A DNA stretch of 64,000 nucleotides, taken from contig NW_014040481.1 of assembly GCF_001186125.1 (NCBI RefSeq), positions 16,300 to 80,299 of the forward strand. Direction: 5' to 3'. The notes under the pieces are model-generated. The model did no database searches and was not told the origin of the DNA. It was given only the letters and a program-made list of their open reading frames with translations. Both the position numbers and the translations under genes were made by a program. This document shows, piece by piece, positions 12,576-24,830 of this stretch (position 1 is its first letter; every line of letters starts with the position of its first letter). Origin of the DNA: Sphaeroforma arctica JP610. Its lineage: Eukaryota.

Positions 12576-12999
12576 TCCTGCAGGTACCACTAAGTGGAAC
12601 CCTCAACCGAGTTATTAGCTAAACTAGAGGAGTCTAAGGAGTTTGAACAAAAGCTCAAGACTCGTACAACACATGCACCCAACAAGAATGCAGTCGAGGT
12701 AGTGCCGATTGAGACGGCATTAGATCGTAAATATATGGAACTTGCTAAGGCCATGGATCAAAGACTCACAGCTCAAAGAGAACCTGAAGCTCGCACTCAA
12801 CTGCTTAAAGCGCTGCTTAAAGAACAGCCAGGAGTTGCGAAACAATTGAAGAAGATACTTCATCAATCTAATGTTGTTAATTACGTATGTCAGGAGTCTA
12901 TCCCTCCTGATACTGAAATTGCCCTATCTAACGGGACTATGGTTCATCCAGCCAGCGTTACACAGAATCTGACTGACTTAGAAGAGCTCGAGAACAGAG

Positions 13000-13990
13000 T
13001 TAAAATAATACATAATTTAACTCATCGAGCATATGAGCATACTTATAAGATGGCTATTCGTGCAGGGCTTGATCACCCGGCGCTGAAAGAAACCATACGT
13101 GAAGTATACCGACGCTGTACTGATTGTGAAAAGAACCAGACCAAGCGCTACGGTTGGGCATCCCTAAAAAGTGTGATAGAAGACCAACCGATGCGCCGAG
13201 TCATAGTCGATTTGGGTTAACTCCCGCGATCCAAGCATACTGGCGATGTATATATCTGTCATTTCTTATGTGTGGCTTCGGGCTATAACTTGCTTTATGC
13301 AATACCGAACAAACGCCCGCAAACAGTAGCAGAGTTATACTATCACGTCTTTAATGACTTCGGTTTCCCCCGAGTACTATGTTCTGATAACGGTAGTGAG
13401 TTTTGTACCGACATAATGGAGGCACTTATACTCGTATCAGGCATGACCCATAAGCGTGGTGTTCCTTATAAACCTCAAACGCAGGGTGCAAATGAGACAC
13501 GTCATAGAGAACTAAAGAAGCTAATGCGTACCGCACTATATGATGCTGAGGATATGTGACCTTATCATTTGAAATGGGTTCAGACTGTCAATGAATAACT
13601 GCATGAACCCTCAAACTGGAACACTCCCATTTCACTATTTCTTTGGCCGCTATAGTGAATTACAAGCAACGTTTGACAAAACTGCGCCCGAGAAACACGT
13701 TACTCCGCGGCTACAAAAGATCGAGCATATGCAGTACGTTGTTTACCCCTGTTTACTCGAGCACAAAAATTGTATCCTACTTAAAGCGTATGACCGATGG
13801 AATAACACTAAGAACATTGTTCAGTTCAAAGTTGGCGATTATGTTAACATTATAAATCGCAATGCCAACGTTACCGAACTCTCTTCTAAGACAATTGGAC
13901 CTTTTGTTATTTCCTACCATGATGAGAAGAGTGATACTTACGAAGTGAATAACATAGATAGTACTAGCGCAACTAATCTAGGCACTCACC
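13000..13990 (+). pseudogene. Retroviral-type DDE integrase with HHCC zinc finger
   Basis: IIHNLTHRAYEHT...CTDC; PMRRVIVDLG*; FGFPRVLCSDNGSEF; YKPQTQGANETRH; FKVGDYV...IGPF (GPY/F region). Confidence 0.9.
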
Positions 13991-14049
13991 GTATTCCTAC
14001 CTCCGAACTTTCATTCGCTCGCTCATTTGATTCTGATGTCCCATTTATG

Positions 14050-14200
14050 GAGTCACAAGTCAAAGATATGATTGACAAAACATCCGAAGACGGTTACACT
14101 TCCTACAAGACCCGTTTTATGGACGGGACAGTAGCTTGGCTAACCTCCTATGCGTTTCGTGAATCTCGCGACTTCCTTCGTATTTTTGATAAGAAATGGA
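14050..14200 (+). other. Chromodomain-like C-terminal extension of integrase
   Basis: SQVKDMIDKTSEDGYTSYKTRFMDGTVAWLTSYAF resembles the chromo pattern V..I.D.r....g..Y.v.w......W. It is in the position expected for chromoviruses; aromatic-cage residues are only partly conserved. Confidence 0.5.
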
Positions 14201-14604
14201 ATAAGAGTTTACATAATAACACAAGAGATAAACGGAAAGGGTTTCCTTAGGTGACTATAAACCCGGATGGATATGAAATTTCCTATTTGCCACCTACTTC
14301 CTATGTGACTAAACTATCTGATCTGCTTACCAACAGAGCAGAAAATTCTTCGAACTTCCCTACTAATGAAGAACAACCTTTGGCTATTACCTTACCAAGT
14401 AATAAACGTAAGGCGCCTATATCAGAAATGGTTACTGGACCAAATACTAAACGGCATAGAGTACAACATGAGTCTTGAACTTGTACATATAGGCACATAC
14501 TTGCTCGATAAGCCATGACCGAAACCGTTTTACTTTAGTTTTCGCTTTACGAACTAGATCGTACTTTCACGTACGTCCGTTGCCCTAAAAGCTACTGGGG
14601 GCTA

Positions 14605-14980
14605 TGTAGAAATACGGCCTCCGGTCAGTCTAATATATCAAGATCAAATGAGATATTACATTGGTTTTTATTTGTATTTAAAATAAGTAAATACAAGTTC
14701 TTTTTCCAATATTTACACAGTGTTCTAAATTCACTTTGATGGCTCCGATAGCCAGAGTATTTCGTATGACTCATTTACTTGGACCGATTTGAGACGATAG
14801 TAGATGTAGGATATTATAAACTAAATTTTATAATCACTGAACTACTACTTACAGGTTTTGGTCTTCCCGCCAGTCCCCAAAATCCAATAAGTCTTTTTTT
14901 ATTTAAATTTTTCTTCAGATGGAACTTTATTTATATTAGCTAATGTATTAACTTGACTTACGTTCTTATGTCTATCTACA
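14605..14980 (+). repeat. Probable 3' LTR (376 bp)
   Basis: Preceded by a purine-rich tract (aaaagctactgggggcta). Begins TGTAGA and ends TCTACA (6-bp terminal inverted repeat) and contains AATAA-like signals. Confidence 0.65.
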
Positions 14981-15439
14981 AATTAGACATGTGGTCATGA
15001 ACACTAAGTACTTCTAGTGAAAATTATTCAATAAATAACAGCTAGAGGTACGTCCTGTGTGATCGAGGATATTAAGGCTCTTACCAAGAGGCAGTCCCGA
15101 TCATTCTTACACAAGCTACCACTGCTAAATCCTAACTGACTTAAATTGTTTCTTAGTTTATATAACATAGTTTAAAACATAGAAATATACATCGAAGTTT
15201 ACAAGTGCAGGTTTCTTGGCACGTGCTTTATCCACCTTATCGCATAACTCGGTTAAATGGCGAATCGTTCCAAGCAACCGTTTCAGCAGCTGGTCACAGG
15301 CTTGCTTACCCACTGTGGGCAACGGTCTAGTCTCGGGTCCCGTCATTGTTGTAAAAAAAAAAGTATACTAAGTTGCTTCTTAGTTAATTTAACTTTTAAA
15401 GAACGAAGGAGAATATGTCCAGTAGTTTGGTCACTTAAA

Positions 15440-15808
15440 AGTGTGGTCAAAACCAAGTAACACTTAAAAAAAAGTGTGCTAAGTCTGAAATAAGTGAACT
15501 CAGTCAGAAGTGCCGTTATGATCGGCGCGTCTGCTAATTTTATTGTCACGCTCCTACATGAAACAAGATTTTCTCTAACAACGGGTAATTATGAAAATAC
15601 CCGTATCTATGATTTTCGTCTCCTGATAACTAAATTATGAAGACACCGTTTGAGTCATCATTATTTCATATTAAATTCTCTGTCCCAATATTCAGTTCGG
15701 TCCCTCAGCCCGGTACTGTAATATTCTACTCAGGTCCGGTCCTCTGGTCCGGTCCTGAAATTCCACTTGTTGGTCGAGCCCTCTGGTCCGGTCCTAAATG
15801 TCCGTCCT
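15440..15808. repeat. Left copy of a long diverged inverted repeat, containing ggtccggtcct subrepeats
   Basis: Reverse complement aligns by eye with 18660-19040 (e.g. agtctgaaataagtgaactcagtcagaagtgcc vs ggcacttctgactgacttcacttatttcagact). Confidence 0.8.
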
Positions 15809-15809
15809 A

Positions 15810-17120
15810 AGTATTTTGTCCACATGCGGGTGAGTCAATGTCGCACCAGACCACAGATGCACTCGGTGTGTGCTGGCTGGCCTGGATCGGAAGTATCATA
15901 GGCGGAACCAACAAGCGTGATGACTTGGTTTGGACCAAAATTTGCAAGTAGTACTCCAACAGCGTGATCAGCCGGGGTATGGGGAGCATCTGTTGATGTG
16001 TCAGAGACGGGTGAGGGTACGGTGGTTCTTCTACATGCTGGAGAAAAGATCCAAGGTGTTCGTGGAGGGTCCAGATACCGTGGAAATCTTTGCACTCCTG
16101 TAATCGCTGGAGATAGTCAGGGCCAATGGGCGGCAGTTTCGGGCCTACCAGGATGCGTCAAATCAGTTGTGGGATGCAGGTAAAGTGGCTTGTGGTGAAC
16201 TTGTGGCTACCGAAGCAGACAGAGCAGAGACAGCTGTCAGTACGGTAGTCGAGCAATGTGAACATATACGTATTCGCTACAATCATAGCACAGAGCCGGA
16301 TTGGTGTAGGCTCAAAGCAGCGGTTGCAGCTGTTGTGTCTGGATTTGTCTCGATTTGAGGTTGGCTGTTTACCCAGAACTAGTTGGTAGTAGTATTGGCG
16401 CCGGGCCATTGCTGCGATCTCCTTGTTGGACCAGCGTTTTGTTGAGTTCTTCCTAATATCGTTACAGGGTTGGCGGAGGGCTACATGGTCGGGTGTACGC
16501 CCGCCCGTGGTTTTGTGTGCAGTTTTCAGGTGAGCATATATACTGTACGGGAAGCCCAGTGATGGTTTGTAATGGGCCCTGGCGGGTTTCGTCAGAGGGG
16601 TGAGTGGATTTGTGCTGGCCACTGAGTCGAGTTGTATTTCCAGGCAACCTACGAGGTAGTCCGCGAATGGTCGCGCGGGGAGCAGGCCACAAAAGTGGTG
16701 TAAGTTTGTTTGATATTTGGGAAACATAGGGTATTTAGTGCCCGTGATGATGGCCTGCTGCTTAGATGAGTGCTGAGTTAAAGCGCTCGAACAAGGGGTC
16801 CAACGCATCCTTCCATATAAGCGGAGCCCAGGCAATATTGTTCAGGCCATATGTAGCCGTGGATAGGATGAATGTTTTGCACAGCACAAGTCGGTTGTGG
16901 GGGTGTCTCCAGCTGAAGCCATGGAAGCCATAAGCGCGGAAAGAGGCGATACCCAGGGACACTGCTGCAACCAGGGATTCCATATGTCTGGCGAGGTTGA
17001 TCCCTGGTGTTCCGTGAGAGAGTGGGAACCCCAGATATTTGGAGCGTTTCGGCTTGGCATGTGTGGGCGCCATCTTCAGGGAGAGGTAACGTGTGTTCCA
17101 AGGTGCGTTTGCGAGCGTCA
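15810..17120 (-). mobile_element. 5'-truncated non-LTR retrotransposon (LINE) fragment, post-RT region with C-terminal CCHC
   Basis: KYLGFPL, RLVLCKTFILSTATYG, AIITG, CSVCFGSHKFTTSHFTC; highly similar to 55450-56410, which carries RT motifs. Confidence 0.85.
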
Positions 17121-17259
17121 GTCCGAGTTCTAATCACACAAAAATTCAATCAGTCTCGTGTAGGACAAGTCTATTTCGAAAGCCTTGAAAACATTCGACA
17201 TGTACGAGTGCACACATTTCGTACCTATACCCGCCACACAAATACTTGTATCACAAATA

Positions 17260-17930
17260 TTGGGCCAGCCTTCATCTGTGCGTATCGCGAACTCATCTGT
17301 ACAATCCAATATCTCTCAGTGTTGACACACATTGATATCACTTATGCACTAAACACTCTCTCCCGATATACAGTCAATTCATCACAGCAACATTAGCAGG
17401 TTGCTCTGCGCATCCTCCAGGCCAGCCTTCATCTGTGCGTATCGCGAACTCATCTGTACAATCCAATATCTCTCAGTGTTGACATACATTGATATAACTT
17501 ATGCACTAAACACTCTCTCCCGATATACGGTCAAATTATCACAACAACATTATCAGATTGCTCTACGCATCGTCCAATACCTTAAATGTACACCTCATCT
17601 GGATGTATCACATCTGACATACCGTTATCAGCAAGAAGCTCCCATTGTAGACACTATTTGTGACGCTAATTATTCCGTATACGACGACGACACCCGCCGA
17701 TCCACAACTGTATACGTTCTCCGTATCAACAAAGTATCTTTAGTGTGGAAAGCACAAAGTCAGCCCACCATTTCTATGAGCACCGCTGAATTATAGTGTT
17801 TTGCTGCTTCCGAAGCCACCAAGCACATACAACGGTTACAAAATATTCTGTACAAACTTGGGTTCCCACAATTCGCACCTACCGTTCTTTACCGTGACAA
17901 CAAGTCGGTTCTAGACACCATTACCTCCAG
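17260..17930 (+). mobile_element. Ty1/Copia RT C-terminus + RNase H fragment with an internal ~157-bp tandem duplication
   Basis: YRELICTIQYL...DITYALNTLSRY...ALRIVQYLK; ICDANYS..DDTRRSTT...VWKAQSQPTISMSTAE; later YRDNKS. 17263-17419 is repeated at 17421-17575. Confidence 0.88.
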
Positions 17931-18659
17931 GGGCCCAACAAGCAGTACTGCACCTCAGATTATACAATTATATTCTCTACATACTTTCTATATACCGATT
18001 CAGCGGAGTGTTTCGAATATAACAGCAGTTCGGAACATCGAACTGTTAGAATAAACGACGATATGACTGTAGAATACGTATATTGCACCCTCTAAAGAGG
18101 GTACAATAAATCGATTCTTATCACTTACATATGTCGAACAGGCAATGTGAGAAGTCTTTTAGTCCACTAACAAGCGTCTCACTTTCGACAATCAGTTTTG
18201 GTCATGATGCCCTGTATTATGAAATATCTTTCAAAAAAAAAAGTGCAAAGACCATCTCTTGATCATGGGATTTGAAAAATAAAAACAAATAAAAAAACTC
18301 ATCTATCCAAACTCCCAATCATCTTACAAAGAACCCATCGCAGACCATAGTCGCAATTATCTGAAAGCCATCAGCAATCGGTACAACATTGTTACAGCAC
18401 AATGTAGCAAAATAGAGAAAAGTACTGGACCAATCAACTTAGAATTCCAACTCGCGACCTTTTCATATTTGTATTGAATAAGATGAATGATCTAACAAAC
18501 AAAGCTAGTACTATATTGGTTGGCTCAGTTATTCACCTTAGTTACTACAAAAACTCAACGTCGCCCAGGGTAATTTGCGACATGCACGTACTTGAAATAC
18601 ATATGGTAGATAAAGTTGACAGTCATGCCATAATAGAGTTTGTGTGGACAAATTACCCA

Positions 18660-19040
18660 GGACGGAGGATTAGGACCGGGCCAGAGGACCGGATCCAAAA
18701 GAGATTATTTCAGGACCGGACTAAGGGACCGGACCAAATTTTAAAATAAAGAATTTAGTGTGCGAGAATGATGACTCATAAGATGTCATCATAATTTAGT
18801 AACTTGGAGACGAATAATGACTCATGGGGTGTCATCATAACTTAGTAACTAGGAGACGAAAGCCATAGATACATAGATACGAGTTTTTTTTACAATTACT
18901 CCTTGCTAGAAGAAATCTCGTTCCACACAGGAACGTGATAAAAAATACAGCAGACGCGCCGTTCACAATGGCACTTCTGACTGACTTCACTTATTTCAGA
19001 CTAAGCACTCTTTACTAAGCGCTACTCGGTTTTGACTACA
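18660..19040. repeat. Right copy of the long inverted repeat (aggaccggac subrepeats)
   Basis: Inverted match to 15440-15808; includes an internal ~50-bp duplication (atgactca...gtcatcataa.ttagtaact.ggagacgaa). Confidence 0.8.
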
Positions 19041-19069
19041 TCTGTACACACACAAAACAGAAGTAAACT

Positions 19070-19492
19070 GGTAGGTGAATGACTGAAGTAATCAACCTAG
19101 TACTAGGATGGTTGGTTCAATATTTCACCTTGTTTACTAAAATACCGTTAAGGTTGCAAGTCCAAATCCTGTCTTGGGTAAACTTTGTGATAAGTGCTAA
19201 TCAGCTGGTACTAGACTAGCACTATTGCCTAGCGTGGAATGTTCAGAAAACCCAGCCTAGGGTTGGTGATCCCAGCGTGGAAGAATCAGAAAAACCCACC
19301 CAGGAGCGGATCGTGCGCACTGAGTTCGAAGTAATCGCGACATTTTCTAGTTTTGTAGTAAAATTGGTGAATGCCTGAGCAAACCAATATAGTACTAGGT
19401 TAGATGGTCCAGACATTTATCAAATTTTCTATACTGATCCAACCAACCAGTACTTTGTTTGGATGATTCAGTCATTCGCCTTATTAACTACA
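19070..19492. mobile_element. MITE-like element with ~50-bp imperfect terminal inverted repeats
   Basis: ggtgaatgactgaagtaatc...agtactaggatggttggttcaata (19074-19122) vs tactgatccaaccaaccagtact...gatgattcagtcattcgcc (19432-19480); non-coding interior. Confidence 0.55.
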
Positions 19493-22400
19493 TCAGTTGT
19501 TGATATGATTTTCAAACACGCAATTGGCTTGTAACCAGAGAAATCTAATCATATTTTCTAACACTATACTGAAAACAAAAATTGTTTAAAAACACATATA
19601 AACAAAAGGATAAATAAATTTTGTTACCTGGTTCCTCATAATTTGTAGTACATGGATTAAAACATTATAACGCATTAAAAAGTTTGACAACTTCGAGTGT
19701 CTGGATCGTTATTGGTGAGTCACATATAATTGCACAGATACAATCCAAGCTTAGTTAAATAATGCGTCCAAGATTGGTTCTAATCGTCATATTAACGATT
19801 TCATGTGTAATTTTGTAGCTACCAACGCAACCAAAACGATAATGCAGGCTCATGTCTGTAATTTTTTGACGTAGGTGGGAAAAAAAATCGAGACTAGTTG
19901 TGTGTCTCTGTCTTCTGTGCACTCGTTTACACTATCCATGTCTGACAATTTTAAGCTATACCGTACCAATATACCCTGAATATAGCAACAAACTAGTACC
20001 ATGTGGATAAAGCACTTTAGGTGAAAATTTAGGACCGGACCAAAAGGAGTTGCTCTCAACCGATTCCATCTCTCCACCGAGTCAAATCTGCTAGACCACC
20101 CCATAGTCGCGATCTTTTAATCACCAAATGCTACAAGAAAGTGCATCTAGCTCACACAAAGCAAAGAACGATGATGAAAATCTTACCGTTGGCACTTTAT
20201 GTCGACCTGAAGCCTGGACTGTCAGCTTCACGTATTTTGATCCCCGGAGCAAAGACGAAGCGAGTGATCTAGACTAAATCTTTACGGAGATAGGCAAAAA
20301 AAATGCCTAGCGAGACATTACTCCAATACGACCATGGTGGGAAAAATATTTATATACTTTAAAGTAAACTATACCATTGGTGCAATATTATACAAATATC
20401 TTTTACCGTTATAATCGTGTGACAGTTGCGTCCTATTTAAACTATTGAAGGTATTAACGCTACTCAGAAGTAGTCTTAGGTACGTGATTGACTGCGAAGT
20501 ACTAACTGAGCTCGTACTATCTGCAATAAACATTTTGTGAGAATCTATGTGTATGACTTGGGTGTATAATACACTACTCAAGAATACACTTAGTCATAGC
20601 TATCGTCTGGTTCTCTGATGAAGCAACGGTGTGGAGTAGTAGACGATGGTCTATGATGTTGAGCCCACTATTTAATACTGATCATATAAATCAATGTTGC
20701 TGACTATATTGGGTACATTTGCTTCCCTCTGTCAAAAGTTAGTTTGAAAGCTTCTACACTTATTTTGATTTGTCATATCTGAATAGAATATTGTTTGCTG
20801 TATATATAACCCTGCTACATAGCTGTTTATCGTATTCATGAATGAATAGTGCAAATAGTCAGCAAATGAACTGAATGAATCGGATTGATATTTGTGTCTG
20901 CAGTATATAAATCACAGTGTATATGTGTGGCTATGAATTCTATTTTATTCGCTGCTTGATATATAAGAAAACGTGGATTCTGTGGTGGCCACTTATCAAA
21001 CCGGTCTCAAAATCTATTTGCCGTGCTGGCAGTATTTGATATATGGCCTAAGTTGGTGGTGTCGATTGTGTAGCTCTTAACTAATAACTGTGAGTCTATC
21101 CAATTGCTATTCGCATGCCATGTTGCGTTGTAGATTAAGTTGGTGGTGTGATTATAATAATCATGATCAGTATGTGTTGATAAGTAGTTGTCTGTTGTCC
21201 AATTTTTAAATCACGCCAAATTCAATGGCTAAATTTTGATTATTCTTTCAAAAGTCTGGGTGTATGTTAACAACTCGGTTTTGAAGTTAAGATTTGAACT
21301 AATGATAATAAGTGCATGAAAAGTGTCCATGCTTTTTGCTCACTCATGTATAATTTATATCCGTCGTAACATGGGATAGTGCCATTGTTACGTTTATCAT
21401 TTCATGCGGTGAGATTCCAGATCTTTTGAATTTCTGGTCATCCAGTAATGTCTTGATATAAACACAAAAAGATAGATCTTTTGATATACTCGACAAAAGC
21501 ACATTAATCCCGGTACGTTTATTCAAACTGGCCACGATTCCGTCCTCTCCGCCTCTTATCGGTCCAGCCAAGTAGCGACGCAACTCTATGGTATTCTAGT
21601 ATTCGATATCTACATCCGATGGTTTCTACATGTCTATTCACAATATATTGCGCTCAGTATAAGTGCCGTATTGTCACTCCGTGATTATGTTATCAGTATA
21701 TCATATTGTTCAAAGTAAAAAAATATTGTGCGTTTGTGCGTTTGTGGAGGACATTCATATAAACGTACTTCACTATCGTTATATGTCGGTGCTGTATATA
21801 TCAACCGCAAGTCCGACTTATGGCTGTCTAGTAGCAGTACGATTACAAGTCTACTATGTCGTGTTTCTGATACGTATGCATTTAGTGCTAGCCGTAATAT
21901 TTTGTTTCATTCATTAATTACATGTTTTTATTCGTTTTGGCTTCATTAATCAACTTATGAACAGCTCGAATCGTATCAGCATGTTGCGATTAAATAGACT
22001 TTTCGGTTTCTGTGGCACCGCGAGTATCGGCTACGCATATTTTCCTTACACCTTTTGCAATGATATGCAGGGATGACATGCACGGACTGTGATGCGCGTT
22101 TTCATCTACGCTTTGTAGTCATAGTATCTTACAATAACACCTATTCCATATAGGCGCTTCTATGTTCAATGTAAAATAGCTCGAATCATATACCTCATGC
22201 TTTTACTTCATCATATCCAAAGTACGTACAGCTTCGTATCACAACAGTAGGTTACAATAACATCACGACCTTTATAGTTACATGCACAGGTCGCGATGTA
22301 TATTAAATTTCCATTTACTCATTGCAGTCGTAATTTTTCTCCCCCATCTACTTACGTATAGGCTCTTTGTAGTTGTCGCATCATGCATTTGCCATATTAT

Positions 22401-23102
22401 TGCCAAAATACAATAGCTTCGAATCGTAAGAGTATATAAAGTGCAAATATATCTTCCTGTGTAAATATCATTACATTTATAAACCACGCAGAGTTCATCT
22501 ACGTGATTTGTTACGACATGCCTGGTTCCAGATCTAGCTTTCCATGTACGTTTTGTCGTCACAGTTTTCTTTTTCACCTATCATTTTCCTCTTTGATGCG
22601 TTGCGTTCATCCTCTTTGATGCGTTGCGTTCAAAGTGAACTTATTCGTATCACACACCTCACGCTTTTGCTTCATTGTTACCGAAATGCGTATAGATTTG
22701 CATCGTAGCTGTGTGTTGCGTTTAAAGGTATATTTTCGGCGGACAAAGTATTGCTACGCAGAGTTGTCCCAGACCGTTAGTAGTGACATGCACTGGTCTT
22801 AATACACTGATCCTAAATCTTTATCTGTTCTAACGCTGACGAAAATTGCGGTAGTTTCCGCCCTGCAAAAGACGCTTGTAGTATTTGAATTTCTTTGCAT
22901 TCCAAATTGAGCTGACGATCAAACAGATACTTCGTTTCTCGACTTTGCACGGATTAAAAACTCAAATTAGCTATATATTCTTCGACCTTCACACGGAATG
23001 ACGATCATACTATGTTCATTAGACTCAAAAGATGCCCATGTGCTTACATACGGCGTGCAAGACGTTCGAATGCCTTCTCGGTAACACTCTAGTGCAAAAT
23101 TC

Positions 23103-23650
23103 TGTAGCATGTAAGGACCAGATGATCAAAAATGCCAATACAAATTCCAAAACATCAGAATAATCAATTATTGAGTTTTGGAATTAAGATTCAAATATTC
23201 CTGATATTTCAGTCATCAGAAATAATAGCGGTAGAACCGGTAAGCTATACCGGGACTCCGCGTGTGAGAGAAACGCACAAGTAGAAACCTGAGTCTAGTG
23301 AATCAGAAAATACAAATAAAGACTCAGTTCGGTTCTCTCAGACTAGGAACTTTTCCTAGCCGAGACAACTGTACTTGAAAAGAGCTCAATTGTATCCTTC
23401 GGCTCGTACCTTTCAGCTACTCTCTGCACTCTACAATCCCAAACTTGCCCATTTGAAGGAGAAACGCACAAGTAGAAACCTGAGTCTAGTGAATCAGAAA
23501 ATACAAATAAAGACTCAGTTCGGTTCTCTCAGACTAGGAACTTTTCTTAGCCGAGACAACTGTACTTGAAAAGAGCTCAATTGTATCCTTCGGCTCGTAC
23601 CTTTCAGCTACTCTCTGCACTCTACAATCCCAAACTTGCCCATTTGAAGT
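23103..23650 (+). repeat. Solo-LTR-like repeat with tandem duplication of its 3' ~190 bp
   Basis: Starts TGTAG, has CTACA at 23431-23435 and is homologous to 34118-34456; 23267-23458 is repeated almost exactly at 23459-23649. Confidence 0.6.
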
Positions 23651-24249
23651 TGTGCTCATATGTGTACCGCTCACATTTTTAACGCATATTATCTACACTC
23701 AAATTAATACGACTTATCTGACATAAGTTGGCTATTCGAACGCAGTAGTTCATTACACACAGGTGTGAATTCGTTGTTGTCGATTAGCTTGTTACTAGAA
23801 GTATTGTATGCTTACTTGAGCTTTGAGCAGGAGGATCGCTTATATCAGAATGTTCCTCACTTGTGATGCTCTTTATACGTATATGCTGTGCACACCCAAC
23901 TACGACCACACTTTTATGTATTATGTGTGTTTATCCCTGTCTGTAATTGTAATCTGGACACTCTGTACGTTAAAAAATGAATTCGTTCGGACTGTGCGCT
24001 AAAAAAAAATCCGCCGCGGGAGGCTTTTAGAGTTTCCCTTTTTGATTCATAACCAGGTTGCGCCGGATGCGTTGTCGTTCATATTTTACCATTTTCGCCG
24101 CCTGATTTCTCCAACAGGTGCTGGTACAATCACAGTTTCTTTGGTAGTCATACGTGGTATTGTTTTCTTTTTAAGCTTTGTACATTTTTCAGCCAATATC
24201 ATGCTCCACGCCAGTGTCGTTCTGTAGTACCATTTCCACCGCCCGGCTT

Positions 24250-24830
24250 TTTAAGTAGGCGTTTGTTGGTCCAATCGGGTTTTCTTCGGTAGTAATCGAG
24301 CATATAGGTAGGGATAATAATATTTAATTTTTTAATCTAGCTTAAGTTATCACATATCCACATGCGCATCAGACTTCATATTCATTGGGGAGGTTATGGG
24401 AAGATTGAAGCGTAATATTATTTTTCCGAGAAAATACCCTAAATGTACATGGCCTACATGGGAAAGCCACTAAATGTACATACGAATTTACGGGTACGTT
24501 TACTACTTCCACAATCAGATTTTTAAATAGTATTTTTTTTTCAAGTAGGCGTTTGTTGGTCCAATCGGGGTTTCTTCGGTAGTAATCGAGCATATAAGTA
24601 GGGATAATATTTTTAACTTTTTTGAATCTAGCTTTAGTTATCACATATCCACATGCGCATCAGACTTCAAATTCATTGGGGAGGTTATGGGAAGATTGAA
24701 GCGTAATATTATTTTTCCGAGAAAACACCCTAAATGCGCATGGCCTACATGGGAAAGCCACTAAATGTACATACGAATTTACGGGTACGTTTACTACTTC
24801 CACAATCAGATTTTTAAATAGGATTTTCAA
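24250..24830. repeat. ~291-bp tandem duplication (2 copies)
   Basis: aagtaggcgtttgttggtccaatcggg starts at 24253 and 24543; units are near-identical. Confidence 0.9.

Larger units (their letters stand above)
8900..14980 (+). mobile_element. Degenerate Ty3/Gypsy LTR retrotransposon: gag - protease - RT - RNase H - Dam-like methyltransferase - integrase - chromo-like domain - PPT - 3' LTR
   Basis: Domain order in ORF fragments: RT (IFSKVDLK..FHQL, YLDDI at ~11335), RNase H (ATDASDRAVGGVLYQ, KQELLAI, NHLPDMLSR), integrase (H..H...C..C, VIVDLG, SDNGSEF, QTQGANE). Many stops and frameshifts. No matching 5' LTR was found, so the left boundary is approximate. Confidence 0.93.

Noticed and set aside
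8900..14980. Calling the MT-bearing element a DIRS retrotransposon
   Set aside because: It has a protease remnant, an HHCC/DDE integrase, a PPT and a TG...CA LTR. No tyrosine-recombinase RHRY motifs or inverted terminal/ICR structure are visible.
15830..15890. Possible HDV-like ribozyme in the conserved LINE 3' block (also 55160-55226)
   Set aside because: I could not build the nested double pseudoknot, and LINE ribozymes are expected at the 5' end. The conservation is explained by shared element ancestry.
24598..24615. aatattatcccta word shared between the 291-bp repeat and the LINE 3' terminus
   Set aside because: A 13-bp AT-rich match with no flanking similarity; likely chance.
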